From assembly GCA_003707115.1 (NCBI GenBank), contig PPNB01000016.1:169655-189654 (forward strand): a stretch of 20,000 nucleotides of DNA. Direction: 5' to 3'. This stretch comes from Tortispora ganteri (lineage: Eukaryota). Both the position numbers and the translations under genes were made by a program. Positions 1 to 7,662 of the stretch are shown here, piece by piece (position 1 is the stretch's first letter; the number at the start of each line of letters is the position of its first letter). The notes below the pieces were generated by a model that was not told the origin of the DNA, searched no databases, and saw nothing but the letters and a program-made list of their open reading frames with translations.

Positions 1-2037
1 CGCTTAAAACGCCGTGCATCAGGATTTGACTTCTCTTACAAAGATCCCGTGCCAAATTTTGATAGAAAAAAAGTAAAGGGAATGATTGGCAACTTATTTA
101 CTCTATCGGAAGACCGCAATGACGCTGCAACTGCACTTGAAACATGCGCTGGAGGACGACTTTTTAATGTTGTCACAGACAATCAGGAAACTGCAAAGCT
201 CTTGATTGAGAAAGGTCAATTGCGACGAAGGTTTACTTTTGTTCCTCTCACTAAAATCAATCCCTTTGTCATTCCTCGCGATAAAGTTGAGCGAGCCAAA
301 TCTATTGCACCCGGAAAAGTCGAACTGGCTCTAGATCTTATAAAATTTGATGCTAGCAATAAAGCGGCATTGGAATATGCCTTCGGCTCTACACTGATAT
401 GTTCAGATCCTGAAACCGCCAAGAAAGTCACATTTGATCCATCCATTAGATGCCGAAGCGTCACATTGGATGGTGATGTTTATGAACCTACTGGTACACT
501 CTCTGGTGGCAGCAAATCATCTAGTGGTGGTATACTAGCACAAATTCAAGCTTTCAACAAGATTTGCAATGAACTTAATGAAGCTGAGCTAGAAATGAAA
601 GCATTGAACGCAGTTTCTGAAGAACAAAAATCTATTCTAGAGCGAGCGAATCAGTTGCAGCAAGAACTTGAACTTAAAGAACATGAAATTTCCCTTCGAG
701 AGTCAGCGCTACAGAAAAATCGTGCCGCAACAGTGATTTTAGAACTTGAAACTGCAGAGAGAGAGAAAGAAGCCAAAGAAAGGGAGCTGGAAGATGCTAT
801 AATCCAGAAATCTGAAAGTGAAGCTGCTGTTAAACAAATTGAAGATGATATGGAACAACTGAAAAACAATAAATCTGGAAAACTGCAAAGCATGCTTGAG
901 AGACTAGAAAATTTCAAAGCTGAAAAGCTCTCGGTCACGGAAGAAATAGAACGTGGAAATGAAGAATTTGAAGCACTAGAACGGGAAAATCATCAACTAG
1001 CCGCTGATATTGAAGACCTTGAGCTGAAAATTTCTGAAAGTGATGCTACTATTTTGCAATTGCGCGAGGAAATCAGCGCATCTGAATCGGATATATCAAA
1101 ATTTGAGGAGGAAAAGAAGCATCTTGAAAGTGAACTCAACGAATTGAAGGCAGAACTTAATGCGAGTAATGAAATGCTTTCACGATTAGCGAAGCTCGAG
1201 AAGGAAAAAGTATCAGCTTTGAAAACCCATGACTTGGAGCGTAAGAAAGTTTCTAATGAAGTGGATGAGCAGAGAGGAAAGCTAGACGAATATGAACGCA
1301 AGATCGAGAAAATTGAGATGGAATATGAATGGGTGACTCAGGACAAAGATATGCTTGGAGTAGAAGGAAGCAAGTATGATTTCAGTCAGATTGACGTCGG
1401 ATCTGCGAGAAAAGAATGGAATGAACTAAAACAAAAAGCTGGATCGCTCAAAGGTCAGGTTAACGAAGAGGTTCAATCTTTGATATCAATGTGGGAATCT
1501 CGACACCGTGAACTAAAGTCCAGGTTGAAGCGTGTGGAAAAGGACCAGCAAAAGATTCTACGAACTATTGAAGAGATCGAAAGTCATAAAAAAGAAGCTT
1601 TAGAAAATACGTGGCACCGTATCAACGATTCATTTGGACCAATATTTAACGATTTATTACCTGGAAGTCATGCTGAACTGAGACCTATGGAGGGTAAAAC
1701 ACTCATGGATGGTTTAGAAGTTAAGGTACGGCTAGGAGAGATATGGAAGGAGAGTTTGACAGAATTAAGTGGTGGTCAGCGATCTCTAATCGCACTTTCA
1801 TTGATTCTAGCCATGTTGCGCTTTAGACCTGCACCTCTTTACATCTTAGATGAGATTGATGCTGCACTGGATTTAAGTCATACACAAAACATTGGACGCA
1901 TGATCAAAACTCATTTCAAAGAATCACAGTTTATTGTTGTAAGTTTGAAAGAAGGATTCTTTTCCAATGCTAATCGCATTTTTCGCACTAAGCTCGTTGA
2001 TGGCAAGTCGACAGTTGAGTCATCTGGCCAAGATTGA
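1..2037 (+). CDS. SMC2: Condensin subunit Smc2, 5'-truncated by the window edge (hinge, C-terminal coiled coil, ATPase head)
   Basis: Frame is open from base 1 (RLKRRASGFDFSYKDPVPNFDRKKVKG), so the GTG at 49 is not the true start. Hinge motifs ALETCAGGRLFNVV and RSVTLDGDVYEPTGTLSGG, long heptad coiled coil, ABC signature LSGGQRS, Walker B/D-loop LYILDEIDAALD followed by the Smc2-typical LSHTQNIG. Confidence 0.96.
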   Translation, partial: RLKRRASGFDFSYKDPVPNFDRKKVKGMIGNLFTLSEDRNDAATALETCAGGRLFNVVTDNQETAKLLIEKGQLRRRFTFVPLTKINPFVIPRDKVERAKSIAPGKVELALDLIKFDASNKAALEYAFGSTLICSDPETAKKVTFDPSIRCRSVTLDGDVYEPTGTLSGGSKSSSGGILAQIQAFNKICNELNEAELEMKALNAVSEEQKSILERANQLQQELELKEHEISLRESALQKNRAATVILELETAEREKEAKERELEDAIIQKSESEAAVKQIEDDMEQLKNNKSGKLQSMLERLENFKAEKLSVTEEIERGNEEFEALERENHQLAADIEDLELKISESDATILQLREEISASESDISKFEEEKKHLESELNELKAELNASNEMLSRLAKLEKEKVSALKTHDLERKKVSNEVDEQRGKLDEYERKIEKIEMEYEWVTQDKDMLGVEGSKYDFSQIDVGSARKEWNELKQKAGSLKGQVNEEVQSLISMWESRHRELKSRLKRVEKDQQKILRTIEEIESHKKEALENTWHRINDSFGPIFNDLLPGSHAELRPMEGKTLMDGLEVKVRLGEIWKESLTELSGGQRSLIALSLILAMLRFRPAPLYILDEIDAALDLSHTQNIGRMIKTHFKESQFIVVSLKEGFFSNANRIFRTKLVDGKSTVESSGQD

Positions 2038-2059
2038 GCTTCTGGATTACCAGAATCAC

Positions 2060-2620
2060 TTAAGAGTCTTTAGAAGAGAGTATTTTTTGACGTGCTTGGA
2101 GGATCATATCTTCCCTTCGTTTCTTTAAGCTCTCTTGCCTTGAGACTGGATCATCCGTCCACGATGTCTTCGATATAGAGACGGGCGCCTCGACGGAGAC
2201 TTTATTATGCAGATTATATCTATCTATCAGATTGCTGTTTAGGTTTTGTGATGTGAACCCAGTAGATGTTGGATTGGAAGCTGGAGGAGCAGGAGGCGCT
2301 GCTGCAAACTGCGGGTTTTCTAGAAGGCTCTGGATGGTTGTCTCCACATTGCCAGTTCGTTCCAGGTCTCTCCTTATGACGTCTTCAGGGATATTCGGAA
2401 GCAGCGTTTGAACAACCTCTATCATTCCTTGAGTAACAGCACGTCTACTACGTCCGATACCGTTTATTTCTGATGCAGTTTGTGAATCCGTGCGGGATGA
2501 ATTACGTGTCGCACCGTTCGAGATCGAAGACGGTTTGCGCGATGAAGAGTACCATCTAATCAACAAGAAACCTGCGAAAATAAAAAGGATAAAAGTTGTA
2601 GCTGAGCTATCTGATGCCAT
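2060..2620 (-). CDS. CUE1: ER-anchored CUE-domain protein, Cue1/Cue4-like (Ubc7 recruiter in ERAD)
   Basis: N-terminal hydrophobic anchor (FILFIFAGFLLIRWY), CUE domain (VTQGMIEVVQTLLPNIPEDVIRRDLERTGNVETTIQSLL), and C-terminal Ubc7-binding-like region (NLIDRYNL...W...RQESLKKRREDMILQARQKIL). Confidence 0.85.
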   Translation of the reverse strand: MASDSSATTFILFIFAGFLLIRWYSSSRKPSSISNGATRNSSRTDSQTASEINGIGRSRRAVTQGMIEVVQTLLPNIPEDVIRRDLERTGNVETTIQSLLENPQFAAAPPAPPASNPTSTGFTSQNLNSNLIDRYNLHNKVSVEAPVSISKTSWTDDPVSRQESLKKRREDMILQARQKILSSKDS

Positions 2621-2780
2621 ATTATATTAATAAGCGTTGATAAGACCAGTCTGTAAGCCAGAAATTATGTTTAGTTCTTGTAAATGGTCGAACGAGGGAG
2701 GTTCCTGGTAATACCCAGCGAGTTAAGATAATTCACGTTACCAGGACGACAGAATACCTTAGTACACTTTCTTTTTTCCT

Positions 2781-2788
2781 TATATATA
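2781..2788. promoter_or_regulatory. TATA-like element in the divergent CUE1/MDJ1 promoter
   Basis: TATATATA preceded by a pyrimidine tract, about 130 bp upstream of the MDJ1 ATG and about 160 bp from the CUE1 ATG. Confidence 0.4.
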
Positions 2789-2916
2789 CTTGAAGGAAAG
2801 ACCCAGAAAATCCTTAACTAGAATTTAATTTATTTCGTAAATTTCCAAACTAGGAGCATCAGCACACACAAACGATAGTGATAGCCAAGCTGACAATATT
2901 TATCAATAATAGAAGA

Positions 2917-4353
2917 ATGTTTCGGCTGAAATCGCTACGTTTGGCAAGCCGAATGCTATCGAGGCCGCGTTATGCGACTTCAAATAGTTGGCGAAGGCCA
3001 GTTAGGATAAATACCCGACATTTTCATGCCTCAATATCAAGATTTGCATCAGTGAAAGACCCGTACAAGGTACTTAATGTTGATAGAAATGCGTCGGCTA
3101 AGGATATTAAGAAGGCGTACTATGCTTTGGCGAAGAAATACCATCCAGATGTAAATAAGGAGGCGGGCGCTGAGGAGAGGTTCCATGATATTCAAGCAGC
3201 CTATGAGCTGTTGTCGGACTCTGAGAAAAAACGTCAGTACGATCAATTTGGTGCTGCAGGAATGGGAGCCGGCGGAATGGGCGGAATGGGCGGAATGGGC
3301 GGAATGGGTGGAAACCCCGGTGGAGGTGGTGGATTCAATCCATTCGCAGGCTCAGAAGGCATTGATTTCGAAGAACTGTTTAAGAATGCGTTCGGTGGAG
3401 CAGGTATGGGCGGAGGCGGCCGACGTTCTGCGAACATGCACAGAGTTTATCGTGGTGAAGATATTGAAGTAAGTACCGTTTTGTCGTTTCTTGACGCTGC
3501 TAAAGGCAAGTCACAGACTGTCACTTATAGTGCGTTGACCCAGTGCACGACGTGCGATGGCTCAGGGCTGAAACCAGGACGCAGTCGGAGTACCTGTGGT
3601 TCTTGCGGCGGATCCGGCACACAATCTCAGTTGCTAGCAGGTAATTTTCATGTGTCTACGACGTGTTCCGAGTGTGGTGGATCAGGGGTGGTTATCAACA
3701 GGTCTGACGCCTGTAGTACGTGTCATGCATCTGGTGTGGTGCACGAAACTAGAAGCACAGTTATAAATATTCCGCCTGGCGTGGAGGATGGTGTATTGTT
3801 GCGAGTTCCGCGAGAGGGAGATGCGCCTGACATTTTGAAAAGCTCCGGTATGCGGCTAGAAAATGGCGACTTGTTTGTACGGGTACGAGTGAGGCCACAC
3901 AAGCATTTCAGGCGGGATGGATCAACTTTGTTGTATACGGCTGAAATACCTATGACGACGGCAGCGCTCGGTGGGCGAATAAGAGTTCCTACTCTTGATG
4001 GCGAAGTCGATCTAACGGTTCCTTCAGGTACACAGCCTGGTACATCTATTACTATTCATGGCCGAGGTCTGCCGAAAGGCCCTCTAGGTGCCAGTGCAGG
4101 AGATATGAAGGTGAACTTTGATGTCAAGATCAAACGTCCCCAGAGCGCCGAAGAGACTGCACTACTTGAAGCACTAGCTGACACTATCAAAGACAATAAC
4201 GCGAAGAGAATATACCCGCCTATGAAAGACAACGTATCTGCTGGAGAAAAGCCAGTTGAGAACCAGCATCACCAACGCCATGGGTTTTTGCGCGACGCGT
4301 TCCGAAGAATTCTTGGTAAAGGCGATGACCAGAACGACGACAAAACGACATGA
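2917..4353 (+). CDS. MDJ1: Mitochondrial class A DnaJ/Hsp40 co-chaperone
   Basis: The first ATG is at 2917; the ORF track's GTG at 2878 is unlikely in a eukaryote. Arg/Ser-rich, acid-free presequence ending RHFHAS. J-domain with HPD ([10 protein letters not shown]), G/F-rich region, four zinc-finger motifs ([32 protein letters not shown]), and C-terminal domain ([24 protein letters not shown]). Confidence 0.93.
   Translation: MFRLKSLRLASRMLSRPRYATSNSWRRPVRINTRHFHASISRFASVKDPYKVLNVDRNASAKDIKKAYYALAKKYHPDVNKEAGAEERFHDIQAAYELLSDSEKKRQYDQFGAAGMGAGGMGGMGGMGGMGGNPGGGGGFNPFAGSEGIDFEELFKNAFGGAGMGGGGRRSANMHRVYRGEDIEVSTVLSFLDAAKGKSQTVTYSALTQCTTCDGSGLKPGRSRSTCGSCGGSGTQSQLLAGNFHVSTTCSECGGSGVVINRSDACSTCHASGVVHETRSTVINIPPGVEDGVLLRVPREGDAPDILKSSGMRLENGDLFVRVRVRPHKHFRRDGSTLLYTAEIPMTTAALGGRIRVPTLDGEVDLTVPSGTQPGTSITIHGRGLPKGPLGASAGDMKVNFDVKIKRPQSAEETALLEALADTIKDNNAKRIYPPMKDNVSAGEKPVENQHHQRHGFLRDAFRRILGKGDDQNDDKTT
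3271..3306 (+). repeat. Perfect coding tandem repeat (GGCGGAATG)x4 encoding (GGM)4
   Basis: Directly visible; lies in the G/F-rich linker of MDJ1. Confidence 0.95.
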
Positions 4354-4473
4354 TTCAATTTATGATTGAATCATTTTTGTAAATATTATATAAATGAAAT
4401 CATGACATATAATTGTATATATTTTATTTATGAATGACAATCTCTAGTATTATGTACGCTATTTGTTGACTTA

Positions 4474-4500
4474 CACCGCTCCCACCGCTCCCACCGCTCC
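4474..4500 (+). repeat. Non-coding tandem repeat (CACCGCTCC)x3 upstream of SAP30
   Basis: Three perfect 9-bp copies followed by a degenerate copy (CACCTGCCTTCC), ending 47 bp before the ATG at 4548. Confidence 0.92.
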
Positions 4501-4547
4501 CACCTGCCTTCCACAAACCACTTTGATAGTCTGGAAATAGCTTTAAA

Positions 4548-4961
4548 ATGCCGCCTAAAGCGCAACGCGACTCCGAAAACACAAAATCATCAAGCAGAAG
4601 AAATGCACGTGATGCTATTTCATCACAACTGTCCGCATACGTGCCTGCAGATGAAGCAGAGACGGATCCTGTCGACTTTTCAACGTTTTCTCTCGATACT
4701 CTGAGAGGATACCGTAAACTGCACAAACTCGCCGTTCCGCCTGCCTACACCGTCGTAGGCGAGGTTCTCCGTGGACCGGAAGGCAAGAAGTCAGTTTCGT
4801 ACAAGGCTATCCAGTCAAGGATTTCCAAGAATGACCTGGCAGCACAATGCAAGCGGCATTTTTTGAGCCAACCCGTGAAAGAGAATGAAACTATTGTTGA
4901 TTTCCTCTACACTGTGCGAAATCAGGATAAGGAGTTTCGACTAAGGTTCCATCCAGCTTGA
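4548..4961 (+). CDS. SAP30: Sin3/Rpd3L histone deacetylase complex subunit Sap30 (Sin3-binding domain)
   Basis: VDFSTFSLDTLRGYRKLHKL and SKNDLAAQCKRHFLSQPVKENETIVDFLYTVRNQDKEFRLRF match the fungal SAP30 Sin3-binding domain pattern. Good start context (AAAATG). Confidence 0.88.
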   Translation: MPPKAQRDSENTKSSSRRNARDAISSQLSAYVPADEAETDPVDFSTFSLDTLRGYRKLHKLAVPPAYTVVGEVLRGPEGKKSVSYKAIQSRISKNDLAAQCKRHFLSQPVKENETIVDFLYTVRNQDKEFRLRFHPA

Positions 4962-5013
4962 TTATCTGTATGGTAGTCTATGAGCCACTCTGAGTCACAA
5001 ACCTACTGGATTT

Positions 5014-5061
5014 AAAACTCATACTACGTTGTCTTACTAACACAAAAATTCATACTACGTT
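5014..5061. repeat. Imperfect 17-bp direct repeat AAAA(C/T)TCATACTACGTT x2
   Basis: Copies at 5014-5030 and 5045-5061, 16/17 identical, in the convergent spacer between SAP30 and the 140-aa gene. Confidence 0.8.
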
Positions 5062-5077
5062 TAAAATGTGGAATCAA

Positions 5078-5500
5078 TTACCCTTTTATTCCGAACATAC
5101 TGCTTAACATCTTCACGTCTTCTGGACTGATTTCAATCTTCTCTTCCGCTATAACCGTCTGCACTTTTGCCAACTGGTTCTTCAGGTCTTTGTCTGATAG
5201 CATTTTAATCATAGCCATCATACCAGGTGTTTCTCCTCCTTCTAAGAATCCTTTTTCCACAATTATATCCTGAAGCTTAACAAACTCTTCCAAAACTCGT
5301 GGTGCTTTCGACAATTTTTTGTACAGATCGGTTTGCGCAATAGCGGCAAGTCTGTTTGACGCCTCGCTATCGGTCAGGTCGGCGTATCCCCGCTTAATAA
5401 CTACCACGTTTCCTCGATACTGTGTCGGCAAACATTGCACTCCCTGAACCAATCTCTTCTTGATTCCGATATTTAAAATTGATCTCGTAACTTTCAGCAT
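5078..5500 (-). CDS. Uncharacterised 140-aa protein, probably mitochondrial
   Basis: A-rich start context (AAATAAATATG), does not overlap its neighbours. About 39 N-terminal residues are basic with no Asp/Glu and end in an R-3-like site (KRGY|A). The remainder looks amphipathic alpha-helical. Confidence 0.8.
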   Translation of the reverse strand: MLKVTRSILNIGIKKRLVQGVQCLPTQYRGNVVVIKRGYADLTDSEASNRLAAIAQTDLYKKLSKAPRVLEEFVKLQDIIVEKGFLEGGETPGMMAMIKMLSDKDLKNQLAKVQTVIAEEKIEISPEDVKMLSSMFGIKG

Positions 5501-6325
5501 ATTTATTTACGCGCGATTGCTATGACCTCTTTTTAACTAATAACTGCCACTTGAAAGAGTCTTCTTAGTCGCTAAGAAAGTTCAGTTTTCTTACTGGTTC
5601 AACGGACGAAGATTAGGGTACTCCAACCGTTCGAACTACTTCAGCTGCACCTCTACACCCCGCTAACATTCTTATTATTACTATACAACGATCATAAAGC
5701 TATGTACTAAATATAATAATCCAGATTTGTTTATAATTTGCGATAAACAGTGTAGATTTAGCAATTATTTGCTGGTGCTTTTCCTGCTAACTAGACGTAC
5801 AAAGCTAGACTTATATTCGATCTATCAGAATATTTAGAGACTTAAGAGCAGTATGAAGGCTGGTATGTTGTTCATGCAGTGAATATTGTGTAGTTTAAGT
5901 TTTTATAACATTAACTGAGTAAATAGCTACCTTATAACAAATTGTAATAGTATCAGAGTCCGTTTTTTAAAGCTCTTTGCGAACGATCGAAACACCAATG
6001 CGTCGCCACTACTAGCTGACGTTCAATAATTGTGCATTCTTGCATAATCTGTCAAAATTAAATTTAGCTGTATCTGCAAACATTGAGAGAATTTTTATTT
6101 CAAAAACGTTAGAACCATATTTATTTAAAAACTGGTATATATCTCCACCAAGTATATGTAAACTATAAGCCTCATTTACCGTAAAAAGAAATAAAACTAC
6201 ACACCCTATCCGAATATTTTTTCGGATAAGTAATCCTTTAGCATTGACTTAAATAGACGCACTTTTTGTCGCGTATATTTAGGTACATTTATATATCATA
6301 ATAAAAAATAAATGCTTGCTAAAAA

Positions 6326-7630
6326 ATGAATGTATCAAGAAGCAGCGTGATTATTCGCATACGAGGAGCGATGTTGAGAAGCACGCCAAGCCGTGTATGG
6401 TCACGAGCATTATCGTCCAATTCACTGCCCCTTGAGGGATTGCGAATTATAGACATGTCAAGAGTATTAGCGGGACCTTATTCGAGCATGATTCTTGCAG
6501 ATTTAGGTGCTGAAGTTATAAAAGTAGAGAATCCTAACCGTGGAGACGATACAAGAACATGGGGACCACCTTTCGCAAAGGCTAAAGATCCTGTGAATAA
6601 CGATGAAAGTGCATATTTTCTCGGTATAAATAGAAACAAAAAAAGTATTGCAGTGAATTTTGGTGATCCTCGAGGCGCTCAGTTGCTTAAATCGCTGATC
6701 GCAGATGCTGATGTGGTTATTGAGAATTATAAGGCTGGCTCATTGAAAAAGTACGGTCTTGATTATGAGTCAGTAAAACACGATAAACTCATATATGCTT
6801 CAATCACTGGTTACGGACAGACTGGACCAAACAGTGACCGCGCTGGTTATGATGTTATGGTTGAGGCTGAATACGGATTGATGCATATAACAGGAGATCC
6901 TAATGGTCCACCTTGTAAGGTCGGTGTTCCTGTTATAGATATTATTACTGGAATGTACACCTCAAACGCTATATTGGCGTCGCTAATTCGTCGAGGAATT
7001 ACTGGACGTGGTCAATATATTGACGCCGCGCTGGCAGACTGTCAACTTGCAACATTAGCAAATATAGGCTCATCAGTGTTGATTTCAGGGAAGCCGGACC
7101 CCGGAAGACAAGGTTCCGGTCATGCTACTGTTGTACCATACGATGTTTTCCCCACGAGCGACGGTGAATTCATGATTGGTGCTGGAAACGACAAACTGTT
7201 TGGAATTGTTGCTGAAATAATGGGCTGCCCGGAATGGACGCAAGATTCAAGGTTTGCTACAAACAGCGCTAGAGTGGCTAACAGACCTCTTATTATATCA
7301 ATGATCCGTGAAATAACGAAAACAAAATCTACAGAAGAGTGGATTAGTCAATTCAGGTATAGTGGGTGTCCCTACGCACCTATAAATGACGTCAAAACCG
7401 CCTTAGAAGACCAGCAAGCTCTTGCAAGGAATATGATTGTCGAAACTGAACATCCTACAGTCGGAAAGATCAAGATGCTTAATACTCCAGTCAAATACTC
7501 TGAATCTAAACCTGTTGTTAGACTTCCTCCTCCTACATTGGGTCAGCACACGTCTGAAGTTCTCTCAAAGTACCTAGATCTTTCTACAGAAGACGTCGAT
7601 GCACTGAGAAAAGAGGGTGTTGTACGATAA
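6326..7630 (+). CDS. CoA-transferase family III (CaiB/BaiF; SUGCT-like), probably mitochondrial
   Basis: Family motifs LPLEGLRIIDMSRVLAGP, LADLGAEVIKVE, GDDTRTWGPP, NRNKKSI, ADVVIENY, SITGYGQTGP, RAGYD; putative catalytic Asp in VPVIDIITG; C-terminal PPPTLGQHT. Arg-rich presequence; alternative ATG at 6371. Substrate cannot be determined from sequence alone. Confidence 0.93.
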   Translation: MNVSRSSVIIRIRGAMLRSTPSRVWSRALSSNSLPLEGLRIIDMSRVLAGPYSSMILADLGAEVIKVENPNRGDDTRTWGPPFAKAKDPVNNDESAYFLGINRNKKSIAVNFGDPRGAQLLKSLIADADVVIENYKAGSLKKYGLDYESVKHDKLIYASITGYGQTGPNSDRAGYDVMVEAEYGLMHITGDPNGPPCKVGVPVIDIITGMYTSNAILASLIRRGITGRGQYIDAALADCQLATLANIGSSVLISGKPDPGRQGSGHATVVPYDVFPTSDGEFMIGAGNDKLFGIVAEIMGCPEWTQDSRFATNSARVANRPLIISMIREITKTKSTEEWISQFRYSGCPYAPINDVKTALEDQQALARNMIVETEHPTVGKIKMLNTPVKYSESKPVVRLPPPTLGQHTSEVLSKYLDLSTEDVDALRKEGVVR

Positions 7631-7662
7631 GTAAAAGATTAATTAACACATGATCATTCGTT

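Noticed and set aside
216..1301. Antisense ORFs of 82-102 aa inside SMC2
   Set aside because: Ser/Phe/Leu-rich mirror translations of a Glu/Lys-rich coiled-coil gene, with no independent coding signal.
2878..2916. GTG-initiated N-terminal extension of MDJ1
   Set aside because: The first ATG at 2917 has good context (A at -3) and begins a typical presequence. There is no evidence for near-cognate initiation.
3049..3472. Short overlapping ORFs within MDJ1 (PPI and AEW repeats)
   Set aside because: Alternate-frame and antisense readings of the GGM repeat region.
3712..3735. Fourth DnaJ zinc motif reads CSTCHASG rather than CxxCxGxG
   Set aside because: Both Cys ligands are intact; a single Gly-to-Ala change is ordinary variation.
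4424..4726. 100-aa minus-strand ORF with GGSGGSGGS
   Set aside because: Antisense to SAP30; the GGS run is just the 9-bp repeat translated; no recognisable domain.
4968..5041. Possible 3'-UTR intron of SAP30 (GTATGG ... TACTAAC)
   Set aside because: No AG acceptor on the + strand until about 5184, well inside the convergent gene, and the donor is weak.
5501..6325. Hidden tRNA, snoRNA or small gene in the longest (825-bp) spacer
   Set aside because: I saw no tRNA cloverleaf or A/B boxes, no convincing C/D box pair and no sizeable ORF. It reads as an AT-rich divergent promoter. An Infernal/Rfam scan would be needed to exclude this fully.
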